The notes beneath the pieces are model-generated. The model was not told the DNA's origin. It did no database searches and worked only from the letters and a program-made list of their open reading frames with translations. DNA of 64,000 nucleotides from Minisyncoccota bacterium. GTDB lineage: Bacteria > Patescibacteriota > Minisyncoccia > Phycocordibacterales > UBA9973. Shown in pieces: positions 8,810 to 17,933 of this stretch. The stretch spans positions 170,364 to 234,363 of the forward strand of contig JBAYUN010000001.1 of assembly GCA_041675085.1 (NCBI GenBank), read 5' to 3'. Position 1 is the first letter of the stretch, and each line of letters starts with the position of its first letter. The translations under genes were made by a program, and so were the position numbers.

Positions 8810-10042
8810 TCAAAGCAATTCTAAAATGACGAACCCTTGACTATTTTCATTAGACCTCTTCCCTCCTAGTGAAGCTGCTCTTTTAATTATATTATTCCCG
8901 AACTTCTTCCTGATCTTGTCGGCGGTTGTCTCTATTGCTAGATTTTTAATTGTTTTCTCTTGTTTGCCAAATAGGTCGAGCGGGGCTTGTTCTTCGCGAA
9001 TTAAATTATGGAGCATGACTCCCGTAGAACGAATTCTCCCCTTTTTAGATACAAGTTTGGGGAGTTCAGTCTCAATCTCCCCCAAGATTTCTCCCGGATC
9101 ACTAGTATATTGTGCCAATTTTACTTCACCAAAATAATATTTGAATTCAGTATTTTTTACAAAGAATGAAACTTTATTGGAAAGAAGACGGAGAGCTCTC
9201 GCCTCTCTGCATGCATACTCAACATTCTCCGATATCTCCCTTTGTATTATTTTTATCTCCGAAGAAGGAGGACGAAAGGTCGCAGTAGATTGAATACTTT
9301 TTTGGTCGCGGGGATCCGTATGACTTTCAACTTTCAATATCGACTCTCCGCCAAGCTCTTTTTTTAAAACCAAAAGCGGTGCAAAGAAATCCCTTTCAAT
9401 TTTATTTTCTGAAAAATTCACAAAGTCATAAGCTGTTTGCATCCCTAACTGTCGTAGCTTAGGGACAGTCCTCCCGCCAATACCCCAAATATCGTCTATA
9501 GGAGTCGCCTTGAGCGCTCGAGCCTCGTCTTCTTTAGAAAGTAACATTACGAGCCCATTAGGCTTCTCGAGTTTAGAAGCGAGCTTAGAGAGGGCTTTGG
9601 TCCTACCGAGTCCTAGAGAATAGCTGACATTGAGTTTGGTTTGTATTTCTTTTTTTAACTCTATTAATAAGTCTCTCTCATTTTTAAAATATCCGACTTC
9701 CCAAGGTTGCACCAAAGCAAAACATTCATCGATACTGTACTCCTCGATTTCAGAAAAGTATGAGGAAAGTATCTCAAAGAGCCTTTTAGCAATATCCCGA
9801 TACAAGTCAAAATGGTGATCCAAGATTACGACTTCTGGGAAAAGTTTTTTAATCTTAAAAACCGGCATACCGCGAGTGATCCCTAGAGCTTTCGCTTCCA
9901 TACTCATAGCTACAGCAATACCTCTATCGGCGCCTACGATGACCGGCTTACCTCGGAGTTCGGGACGAGCCGTAAGTTCACAACTAACAAAGAAAGAATC
10001 TCCATCTATGTGCAGATATAGATTGTCTGATTGATTTTTCAC
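8810..10042 (-). CDS. Y-family DNA polymerase (DinB/UmuC-like)
   Basis: HIDGDSFFVSCE, YSIDECF, SKLASKLEKP, DIWGIG motifs. Confidence 0.92.
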   Translation of the reverse strand: MKNQSDNLYLHIDGDSFFVSCELTARPELRGKPVIVGADRGIAVAMSMEAKALGITRGMPVFKIKKLFPEVVILDHHFDLYRDIAKRLFEILSSYFSEIEEYSIDECFALVQPWEVGYFKNERDLLIELKKEIQTKLNVSYSLGLGRTKALSKLASKLEKPNGLVMLLSKEDEARALKATPIDDIWGIGGRTVPKLRQLGMQTAYDFVNFSENKIERDFFAPLLVLKKELGGESILKVESHTDPRDQKSIQSTATFRPPSSEIKIIQREISENVEYACREARALRLLSNKVSFFVKNTEFKYYFGEVKLAQYTSDPGEILGEIETELPKLVSKKGRIRSTGVMLHNLIREEQAPLDLFGKQEKTIKNLAIETTADKIRKKFGNNIIKRAASLGGKRSNENSQGFVILELL

Positions 10043-10180
10043 CTAGTTATTCTACATCAAACGACTCAAATATGCTTGGTTGCAAAATAGGTTAAATACT
10101 TCATAGTAAATCGAATTAGCTTTATTATGGAGCATGTAAAAATAAAAAAGGTAACCTATAGAATAAGTTACCTTTTAGTT

Positions 10181-10375
10181 TTAAATATTTTTTTGAAAAT
10201 GCTTATAATTGTGAATTAAGCCTTTTCTTTTTGCTTCACGAATAGACATAGGTCTACCGCTCGGATAATTATGTTGAGAAACAACCCTTGCGTCAGGGTC
10301 TCTAATAAAAGCTATAGCATCCTCGAACATTTCATAAAATGTTACTCCAAATAAAAATATAATTAATTGTTTCAT
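10181..10375 (-). CDS. Small orphan protein (64 aa)
   Basis: Preceded by the conserved promoter/leader at 10388-10546 and followed by terminator 10147-10176. Confidence 0.6.
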   Translation of the reverse strand: MKQLIIFLFGVTFYEMFEDAIAFIRDPDARVVSQHNYPSGRPMSIREAKRKGLIHNYKHFQKNI

Positions 10376-10387
10376 GATTAAATATTA

Positions 10388-10546
10388 AATTGTTAAAAAA
10401 TATTTATTAAGTTCTCTTAATCTCCACTCCTCAAAAGACGGACAAAGAAGAAACTAAGAGAACCTAACAAAATTTAACAATTAAATACAGTATCAAAGAA
10501 CTCTACTATTTCAAGTAGAATAACATATTTTAGTATTTTGTCAACT
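10388..10546 (-). promoter_or_regulatory. Conserved promoter + boxA-like motif + long hairpin leader, copy 1
   Basis: TTGACA-16-TATTCT (TGn extended -10); AGTTCTTTGA at 10502-10493; stem 10388-10482; 71/75 identical to 13194-13268. Confidence 0.75.
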
Positions 10547-10648
10547 ATAGAAATGTTCGAATTAGCATTTAAGTGAAATAACAAAAGGCTGAACGTTTTC
10601 ACGAACAGCCTTAATAAATTCTATACTATTTTAACTACTATATAGTTA

Positions 10649-11110
10649 TTACTTTTTACCATTACGAGGTTCGAGTAGTATGTTTGGCGCATCCACCTCG
10701 CCAGTATATACTTTTGTATTACTTTTAGGGTTTTTTGAGAAAAGTTCTAACGTAAATATAGCAGATCCACGTGGCCCTAAAGTTACCATAATTCTAAAAC
10801 CAGTCCAATTATTTTTTTTATCTACATTAATAATATCAATTAAAAAATTAAATAACTTTTCAGTCTTTGTTTGACGAATAATAACTTCGATAGCATAATA
10901 TAATGGCCCTTGACCTAAGTATTCATTGAAACAAAAATAAACATGGTCAGGATTTAATCTATCATGGTCTACAGTGATAAGGAAATCATCTTCAGAGTAA
11001 GTATCTGGAAAATTAAATTGAACCAGAAACATATACCGGGCTTTACCGAATCCTCCAAGTTGTGACGGTCTATAAGGTTCAGCAGGATAAACCTTGGATA
11101 AGTTTTGCAT
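10649..11110 (-). CDS. Orphan hypothetical protein
   Basis: 153-aa ORF; own promoter near 11160-11190; terminator 10585-10612. Confidence 0.7.
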   Translation of the reverse strand: MQNLSKVYPAEPYRPSQLGGFGKARYMFLVQFNFPDTYSEDDFLITVDHDRLNPDHVYFCFNEYLGQGPLYYAIEVIIRQTKTEKLFNFLIDIINVDKKNNWTGFRIMVTLGPRGSAIFTLELFSKNPKSNTKVYTGEVDAPNILLEPRNGKK

Positions 11111-11226
11111 TTTTTATATTTTTTAATTTAAAAAATATGTCTAAGGACAATATCAAATAATCTATACTATATTTTTAGAAAAATAGCAAGTTATTTAACA
11201 GAATAATTCTCACAGAGAGAACAATC

Positions 11227-11328
11227 AAGTTCACAACATTCACAAAGCATGCCCCGCACTAAGCTTTGCTTTAGTGCTAGGGTTCACGAGCGGGCTTGAT
11301 GTTTGGATTTCAGAACTTTTAAAGAATC
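11227..11328. repeat. Structured intergenic repeat, copy A
   Basis: 11227-11304 equals 12062-12138 except a 1-nt indel; 11290-11328 matches 12667-12705 at 35/39; AAGTTC/GAACTT ends; inner GCACTAA..TTAGTGC hairpin. Confidence 0.9.
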
Positions 11329-11363
11329 CTGAATTAGTTTTAATTAGTATTAAATCAATTAAA

Positions 11364-12020
11364 TTATTTCCTATTAATCACAATTTCTGAGACTTCCATA
11401 TTTTTAGGTAAATCCAAAATCTGTTTTAATAAAACAGCCAAATCCTCAGGTTTCATCCATTCATCTCCTTTCTCTGTATTGTCTATACCCGTTGCTTTTT
11501 CAAAAAGTTTTGTTTTAAATCCTCCTGGACAAAAACTAATTATCCTATTTGGCTTGCCTTTGAATTCTTCTTGTAAATTTTTAGTGAATCCCCTAACAGC
11601 CCATTTTGAAGCTCCGTAAACAGCTTGATCTACATAAGCTTTCAATCCTATAGTAGATGCTACATTTACAATATCAGTTTTGTCTTCAATAATTTTTTTA
11701 TATAAATTTGATATTAATAATATTTGAGATTTAACATTAGTAGACATTAAACGTTTTATTTCATCTTCAGTAATTTCTCCTAATTTCTGCACAGACAAAA
11801 CACCCGCGCAATTGATTATTGATTCAATAGGTTCATTCATTTTAAGAATCTCATCCGATGCTTTTTTAATTTCTTCTCCTTCACGCAAAGAAACACAAAT
11901 ATTAATATCAGCGTACTCTGATTCTCTTCTAGAAATATTTACAACTTTTTTACCTGCTTCTTTGTATAATTTTGCGACTTGTTTTCCAAGCCCATCACTT
12001 GCTCCTGTTATTATTATCAT
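11364..12020 (-). CDS. Short-chain dehydrogenase/reductase (SDR)
   Basis: IITGASDGLG, NCAG, YGASK; ATG 12020 lies just after TGGTATAAT. Confidence 0.9.
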   Translation of the reverse strand: MIIITGASDGLGKQVAKLYKEAGKKVVNISRRESEYADINICVSLREGEEIKKASDEILKMNEPIESIINCAGVLSVQKLGEITEDEIKRLMSTNVKSQILLISNLYKKIIEDKTDIVNVASTIGLKAYVDQAVYGASKWAVRGFTKNLQEEFKGKPNRIISFCPGGFKTKLFEKATGIDNTEKGDEWMKPEDLAVLLKQILDLPKNMEVSEIVINRK

Positions 12021-12061
12021 ATGAGTATTATACCAAAAATACCTTAAATACAAATTTTTTA

Positions 12062-12180
12062 AAGTTCACAACATTCACAAAGCATGCCCCGCACTAAGCT
12101 TGCTTTAGTGCTAGGGTTCACGAGCGGGCTTGATGTTTTGACCCAGTCATTTGAAAGTAACTGGTTAAAATTTCAGAACT
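12062..12180. repeat. Structured intergenic repeat, copy B (extra hairpin inserted)
   Basis: Near-identical to copy A; ~30-nt CCAGT..ACTGG hairpin inserted before the shared TTTCAGAACT end. Confidence 0.9.
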
Positions 12181-12199
12181 ATTAATTAGCAGTGACAGC

Positions 12200-12586
12200 C
12201 TAAATACCTTTTTTTATATATAAAGACAATAAATAAATAGGACCAGAGAAAGATAAAACTGCAGACAAAAATAATGAATTAATTCCCAAAACTACTAATA
12301 ATGGGCCTAAAATCATTGTTCCATTAAATAAAATTGTATAACCACTTTTACCAACATCATGAAGCCTACGAACGCTCAAAGCAATAATAGGAGTGATAAC
12401 TAATAAAAAGTAAATTGTACTTAAAATACCACGGCCAGGTATTATTTCAATACCTATAAAACTATCAATTAAACCAAGAATAAAAGTAATGATAAAATTA
12501 AAAAGAATAAAATACCAAAATTCAGGACGACTAGCCTTTCCACTAAAAACTGCATAATTCTTTAAACCGTTAAAATAATGTTCCAT
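12200..12586 (-). CDS. DUF805 family membrane protein
   Basis: YAVFSGKASRPEFWYF, ALSVRRLHDVGKSG. Confidence 0.9.
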   Translation of the reverse strand: MEHYFNGLKNYAVFSGKASRPEFWYFILFNFIITFILGLIDSFIGIEIIPGRGILSTIYFLLVITPIIALSVRRLHDVGKSGYTILFNGTMILGPLLVVLGINSLFLSAVLSFSGPIYLLSLYIKKGI

Positions 12587-12666
12587 AAAATTAAAATAAA
12601 TATTAATACTATAAATTATATATCACAGTAAAAACTAAAACAAACTAAAATATTCTTAATAAATGT

Positions 12667-12705
12667 GCGAGCTTGAGGTTTGGATTTCAGAACTTTTGAG
12701 GAATC
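12667..12705. repeat. Structured intergenic repeat, partial copy C
   Basis: 35/39 identity to 11290-11328. Confidence 0.8.
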
Positions 12706-12804
12706 AGTTATTATTAAAATTTGTCTGAATGATTTTAGAACTAACTAAAAATAAAAAATCACCTACTAAATTTCGGTGATTTACTCTCTAAAAGAGTTTT
12801 GGAT

Positions 12805-13116
12805 TTAACTTACAAAAGTTGCCCAAAACTGCATTTGTGTTAAAAGTTCCTTCTTTTGTATTTCTACAGAATACAACCCTGGGATCATGCCATGTTTTTT
12901 AAAAAGTGTAAGAAAAGTAATTTTAAAAGTCTCTTCGTCAATTACTTTTACCTCTTTAATAAAAATTTCCTTATTCTCTGTATCTTCAAGTGAAGAATTA
13001 CCCATATTTTCAAAATTTATAATTTCGATACTAATAGGTATATTTTTAGCAAAAGATTCAACAAAACTATCTATAGTTTTGTTAGTTTTCTTAAAATTAA
13101 TAACTAAATTATTCAT
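12805..13116 (-). CDS. Orphan hypothetical protein
   Basis: 103-aa ORF downstream of conserved leader copy 2; terminator 12756-12783. Confidence 0.65.
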   Translation of the reverse strand: MNNLVINFKKTNKTIDSFVESFAKNIPISIEIINFENMGNSSLEDTENKEIFIKEVKVIDEETFKITFLTLFKKHGMIPGLYSVEIQKKELLTQMQFWATFVS

Positions 13117-13128
13117 GAAAATGATTTT

Positions 13129-13268
13129 AATTGTTTTAAAAATATTATTGATTCACCTCTAACTCCGTAAAGAAATAGGGGTGAACCAACAACATTTAAC
13201 AATTAAATACAATATAAAAGAACTCTACTATTTCAAGTAGTATAACATATTTTAGCATTTTGTCAACT
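13129..13268 (-). promoter_or_regulatory. Conserved promoter + boxA-like motif + long hairpin leader, copy 2
   Basis: TTGACA-16-TATACT; AGTTCTTTTA at 13224-13215; stem 13129-13204; abuts the tRNA-Trp 3' end. Confidence 0.75.
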
Positions 13269-13269
13269 G

Positions 13270-13340
13270 CGGGCGATGAGAGAATCGAACTCCCGCCAAA
13301 GGTTTTGGAGACCTTCGTTCTACCACTAAACTAATCGCCC
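13270..13340 (-). tRNA. tRNA-Trp(CCA)
   Basis: Reverse complement GGGCGAT...AAGGT-CT-CCA-AA-ACCTT...GTTCGATT...ATCGCCC-G. Confidence 0.95.
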
Positions 13341-13509
13341 AAACACTCTCAAAGTATTTTTACCATAGGTAAAATCTTGGAGAGTTAAAACGCTAAATAA
13401 TAATATAAGCGTTTTGTAGAAAATACCGAAGTATCTCCTAAAAAGAACTAAACGGTAAGGTGAACCCTACCGTTTAGTTATTATAACAAATAATTTTAAA
13501 AACAAAAAA

Positions 13510-13665
13510 TTATTTTTTGATTTCTTTAAAGACTACAACTTTGCGGAGCTTTCTACTATACTTTTTAAGCTCAAGTTTCTTTACAGTCGTCTTCTTGTTC
13601 TTTCTTGTATAATAAATCTCCTTTGTGTCCTTATTTTGGATTTTTATCAATCTATCTTGTGACAT
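13510..13665 (-). CDS. rpmG: 50S ribosomal protein L33 (Cys-less form)
   Basis: Manual translation MSQDRLIKIQNKDTKEIYYTRKNKKTTVKKLELKKYSRKLRKVVVFKEIKK; below ORF-track cutoff. Confidence 0.92.
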   Translation of the reverse strand: MSQDRLIKIQNKDTKEIYYTRKNKKTTVKKLELKKYSRKLRKVVVFKEIKK

Positions 13666-13709
13666 TTGATTATAATAATATAAAAAGCTTTAAAAAGCAA
13701 CTATAAATC

Positions 13710-14846
13710 CTATTTGACAACCCTTGGCAAAAGAGGGCTCAATTTGGTGACTATTTCGTAGTTGATGGTACCTATAGTCTCGCCTATTTCTTCTGCAGAT
13801 ATAGCTTCTTTGCCCTGCGATCCGATAAATACAGCCTCATCCTCAACTTTGACATCTTTTACATAGTTCACGTCGACGACAGTCATATTCATAGAAATAC
13901 GTCCCAAGATTTTGCATCTCTCTCCACGTATCAAGACTTCCCCTTTATTAGACATACGCCTATCAAGTCCGTCTGCGTACCCTATAGGCAAGATAGCTAC
14001 CTTCGTCTCTTTGTGAGTCATAAAAGTAAGTCCGTAGCCTATAGTCGAGCCAGCCGGTAGAGTCTTGATCAGAGCGATTTTAGTTTTGAAAGATAATACA
14101 GGTTTGAGAACCATTTTCTTTTTATAAAGATACTCGATATGAGTCGAAGGCCAGAGACCGTAGGCTCCGATACCAATACGTACTATTTTATTTAAACCTA
14201 AATTCTTCTCGTAAACTAGTAGCCCTGAAGTCGCTGAGATATGAGTATCTAGATTTTTGTAGCCGTAAGTTTTCGCTAGATCAACAGCTTTTTTAAAAAG
14301 ATTAATCTGCTTTTTAGCATGAGTAAAATTATTGGTATCTTCTATATTTGCAAAGTGAGCATAAATCCCAATGACTTTAATATATTTGGTTTTCTTTAAT
14401 ATTTCAAAAAGTTTGGGTAAATCACTGTAAAGAAATCCCTCACGACCCAAATGAGCATCTATCGGTATGTGGACTTCTATTTTATTTTTTAATTTTGTAG
14501 TTATTAGGTCTAGCTCTTTTAATTGCTCAAAAGAAAATAAAGAAAGTATCGCATTAAGTTTAATAGCCTTACTCAAATCAGCTCGAGCAACGTATCCAAA
14601 AAGAAAGGTCTTTTTCTTGCTAACTTTACGAAGCTTGGATAATTCTTCGATACTATTCACAAAAAAATAATCTACGTAGGTTGCGGCAATTTTAGCAATC
14701 TCATTCTGCCCATGCCCATAAGCATTCCCTTTTATAGCAACAGCTATCTTAGTACCCTTTTTTACGATACGTTTAAATTGCTTGATATTGTGTATCAAAT
14801 TTTGACTCGAGATTTCTATATAAGAAGTAGGTAAATTTTTTGGCAT
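13710..14846 (-). CDS. alr: Alanine racemase
   Basis: AIKGNAYGHG PLP lysine, IGYADG, GRISMN, GTINYE. Confidence 0.95.
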   Translation of the reverse strand: MPKNLPTSYIEISSQNLIHNIKQFKRIVKKGTKIAVAIKGNAYGHGQNEIAKIAATYVDYFFVNSIEELSKLRKVSKKKTFLFGYVARADLSKAIKLNAILSLFSFEQLKELDLITTKLKNKIEVHIPIDAHLGREGFLYSDLPKLFEILKKTKYIKVIGIYAHFANIEDTNNFTHAKKQINLFKKAVDLAKTYGYKNLDTHISATSGLLVYEKNLGLNKIVRIGIGAYGLWPSTHIEYLYKKKMVLKPVLSFKTKIALIKTLPAGSTIGYGLTFMTHKETKVAILPIGYADGLDRRMSNKGEVLIRGERCKILGRISMNMTVVDVNYVKDVKVEDEAVFIGSQGKEAISAEEIGETIGTINYEIVTKLSPLLPRVVK

Positions 14847-14853
14847 TTATAAA

Positions 14854-15831
14854 TTAGGATACACTATTTTGTAATTGATTATCTCTTTCAAATCTCTCTA
14901 TGGCGAGCAAGACAAGCTTGTCTATTAATTCTGTTTTATTTATACCTTTCAATTCAAAAAGTTTAGGATACATACTAATATCAGTAAAACCAGGTAAAGT
15001 ATTTATTTCATTTACATATATCTCTCCTTTTTTAGTCAAAAACATATCAACTCTCGACAAACCTTCACAACATAAAGTTTGAAAAACTTTGATAGCAGTA
15101 TCTTGTAATTTTTTGATATCTGATTTAGATAAATTTTTAGCTGGAATTTCGGTGATAGCTCCGTCGGATTCTATATATTTTGCATCATAAGAATAGAACG
15201 AACTTGTATTCATTATGACTTCTCCTATTGGTGACGCGACTGGACGCTCATTACCTAAAACTGCGCATTCTAATTCTCGCCCGAGAATCATCTCTTCGAT
15301 TAATATTTTAGAATCATATTTAAAAGCTTCTGATAAAGCAGCCGTAAAATCTTTTTTAGATTGGACCTTAGACACTCCCACAGAAGAACCTAAATTTGCT
15401 GGCTTTACAAACATAGGCAAGCCTAAAACAGATTTAGCTTTTTCAAAAGTTAATTTTTGATTATATTTTAAAACTATACTTTTAGCGTTTTTGATCCCTG
15501 CTTCATTAAGTAGTCTCTTCATCACGTCTTTATCCATACCCACAGCACTACCTAAAACCGAAGGACCTACAAAAGGAATATCTAACATTTTCAAAACTCC
15601 CTGCAAAGATCCATCTTCGCCATATGGCCCGTGAATTATAGGAAAAGCTACGTCTAATTTCATAAGTTTATTAAAAGGAATCTTGCCGTCTTTACCTATT
15701 TTAATAGGTGCAACTTCGTATTTATCTTTAGATAAAGCATTGATTATGTTTTTGGCTGAATTTATAGAGACTTCATGCTCTGCGGATTTGCCTCCAAAGA
15801 TAACTCCAATTTTTATTTTTTTAGTAGTCAT
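14854..15831 (-). CDS. ddl: D-alanine--D-alanine ligase
   Basis: GGKSAEHEVS, HGPYGEDG, GSSVG, YSYDAKY, NEINTLPG. Confidence 0.96.
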   Translation of the reverse strand: MTTKKIKIGVIFGGKSAEHEVSINSAKNIINALSKDKYEVAPIKIGKDGKIPFNKLMKLDVAFPIIHGPYGEDGSLQGVLKMLDIPFVGPSVLGSAVGMDKDVMKRLLNEAGIKNAKSIVLKYNQKLTFEKAKSVLGLPMFVKPANLGSSVGVSKVQSKKDFTAALSEAFKYDSKILIEEMILGRELECAVLGNERPVASPIGEVIMNTSSFYSYDAKYIESDGAITEIPAKNLSKSDIKKLQDTAIKVFQTLCCEGLSRVDMFLTKKGEIYVNEINTLPGFTDISMYPKLFELKGINKTELIDKLVLLAIERFERDNQLQNSVS

Positions 15832-15845
15832 ATAAGATATTATAA

Positions 15846-16577
15846 CTAAATTTTAATAATTACACTTTCTAAATCTTTCGGTACATTTGTGAGATTCTGA
15901 TATCCATTTTTAGTTATCAATATCATATCCTCGATACGCACTCCACCAAATCCTTCAAAATAAACTCCCGGCTCGATAGTCATGACGCAACCTGCAGGCA
16001 ATACGTCTTTAGAATGCGGTTTTAAGTTAGGCCATTCGTGAATCACCGTCCCGACTCCGTGCCCGAGTCCATGAGGAAAAGCATCCATGCCGAATTTCTT
16101 ATCTAGGTAGCTTCGAGCTTCTTTATCTATGACTCGAGCTCTCTTTTCACCTTTAGATATTTTTAGCATTGCTCGGTCCATAGCGTTTAATACTCCAAGA
16201 TAAACTTTCTTTTGCTCTTCTGTAGGTTCTCCGTAAAAATACGTACGAGTCATATCTGAGCAATAGTCGAGTATTGTAGTCCCAAAATCAAACATAATAG
16301 TATCACCTTTTTTTAATTTAGTTTTACCTGGTTCATGATGAATATTTGCAGTATTTTTCCCAAAGGCGACTATCGGCGAGAAAGATAGAACTGGTGCTTT
16401 GTGTTTTACAAAACTTTTCTTGATAAAATCTTGGACGAATATTTCTGTAATACCTAATTTTAGAATCTTTAAAGTATCAGATAAAACTTGCTCGCTTATT
16501 CTTTGAGCTTTGATAATATTATCTAATTCAGCTTTACTTTTCGGAGCTCTCTTTTCGTGGATTAATTTTGTAGTCAT
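15846..16577 (-). CDS. M24 family (Xaa-Pro) peptidase, catalytic domain only
   Basis: YCSDMTRT, HGLGHGVG, HEWP, TIEPG, GVRIED. Confidence 0.9.
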   Translation of the reverse strand: MTTKLIHEKRAPKSKAELDNIIKAQRISEQVLSDTLKILKLGITEIFVQDFIKKSFVKHKAPVLSFSPIVAFGKNTANIHHEPGKTKLKKGDTIMFDFGTTILDYCSDMTRTYFYGEPTEEQKKVYLGVLNAMDRAMLKISKGEKRARVIDKEARSYLDKKFGMDAFPHGLGHGVGTVIHEWPNLKPHSKDVLPAGCVMTIEPGVYFEGFGGVRIEDMILITKNGYQNLTNVPKDLESVIIKI

Positions 16578-16628
16578 ATTTTTATTATAACACCTTGTTT
16601 AAAAACCATAAAATGCTAATATTTACGT

Positions 16629-17531
16629 ATGAAAAAAGTACAAGAAATCCAATCAATAATAAATGCAAAAAAGTCAGACGAAGCTGACGTTGTATTAGTC
16701 TCTGCAGCTTATGACAAGACAGCATCAAGTCATAAAGGTACAGTCAATGGACCAAAAAGTGTAATCAAAAATCTAGCTACGCAAATAGAATTCTTTGACC
16801 GCGAATACAAATTAAGTCCAACAGAATATATCAAAACTTCTCACATAGACCTCGGTAATCTAAACACCCTAAAACCAGAAGCCGTCTATCAAAAAATTCA
16901 CAAAGTTACAGACAAGCTCGTAAATGAAGCCAAATTTGTTTTTATTTTAGGTGGAGAGCATTCTGTACCTCTGGGCTTATATAAATCTTTAACCTCAAAA
17001 TACAATCCGAAAGATGTGACTATCCTACAAATTGATGCTCATTTAGATTTACGTAATGATGACTCAGATTATAGTACCAATCCTACTCATCTCGCTCATT
17101 CGACTATAATGCGTAGAGCCCATGAACTCGGATACAATATCTTAAACGTCGGAGCGCGCAGTTTCTCAAATGATGAATATGCATACGTAAATCAAAATAA
17201 AAATATTAAAATTTTTGAATTCGGATATCCAAATAAAATACCAAAAATCGAAGATATTTTAAAATCTATTAAAACTAAATACTTATATATCACTATCGAT
17301 GTAGACGGATTTGATCCTTCTGTGATGCCAGGGACTGGGACTCCTGTACCAGGAGGATTATCTTGGGATTATGGTATGGAGCTATTAGACAAAGCTATAT
17401 CTAAATTTGAATTAATAGGAGCGGATATAGTAGAAGTAAGTCCACAAAAAGAAACAGTCATAACCGAATATTCTTCTGCTCAATTAATATACTCAATAAT
17501 TACTAAGAAGTTTAGAACTAGGTTTAAATAA
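16629..17531 (+). CDS. speB: Agmatinase / ureohydrolase
   Basis: GGEHS, DAHLD, DVDGFDP, PGTGTPVPGG, DIVEV. Confidence 0.85.
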   Translation: MKKVQEIQSIINAKKSDEADVVLVSAAYDKTASSHKGTVNGPKSVIKNLATQIEFFDREYKLSPTEYIKTSHIDLGNLNTLKPEAVYQKIHKVTDKLVNEAKFVFILGGEHSVPLGLYKSLTSKYNPKDVTILQIDAHLDLRNDDSDYSTNPTHLAHSTIMRRAHELGYNILNVGARSFSNDEYAYVNQNKNIKIFEFGYPNKIPKIEDILKSIKTKYLYITIDVDGFDPSVMPGTGTPVPGGLSWDYGMELLDKAISKFELIGADIVEVSPQKETVITEYSSAQLIYSIITKKFRTRFK

Positions 17532-17589
17532 AAATAATAAAAAGCCAAGTGAAATAAATTCAACTTGGCTTTTTTATTTTTTTTGTTTT

Positions 17590-17805
17590 TTATGGTTTTA
17601 ACAACATATTAACCCCCATAAAAGGTGCAAAACAACATATTGCAAATGCACATTTTAGGGTTAAATAAATTGACAGAATTAATCCGATCAAATCGGATAT
17701 TACAGGAAAATCAAATACTTTTTTAAACTCCCGATAAGTATTTAAGGGATTTAAAAAAAGGAAACAATCTTCCCAAACACCACAAAGACTCAGATTTCTT
17801 TTCAT
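17590..17805 (-). CDS. Small orphan membrane protein (71 aa)
   Basis: ATG 17805 follows TTGACA-18-TACAAT and TGTTCGTTGA; terminator 17541-17575. Confidence 0.55.
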   Translation of the reverse strand: MKRNLSLCGVWEDCFLFLNPLNTYREFKKVFDFPVISDLIGLILSIYLTLKCAFAICCFAPFMGVNMLLKP

Positions 17806-17933
17806 GATATAATAAATTTTAAAAAAAATTAAAAAATTTGTCCCTGAAAAAACTCTCAACGAACATTATCAATATTATTGTAGCATAATATATACCTATT
17901 TGTCAAGTTTTGTAGTAGCTTATTTTTCTTGCC

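Noticed and set aside
8810-10110. SOS mutagenesis cassette or diversity-generating system around the Y-family polymerase
   Set aside because: No umuD/lexA/imuA partner, reverse transcriptase or TR/VR pair is visible; adjacency to the orphan island may be coincidental.
10388-10482. Leader hairpins as attC sites
   Set aside because: The arms run GTT...AAC (opposite to attC), lie upstream of genes and show sense-strand G:U pairing typical of RNA.
11227-12705. Canonical integron attC sites
   Set aside because: R''/R' and L-box spacing do not fit and there is no intI; reported only as cassette-like.
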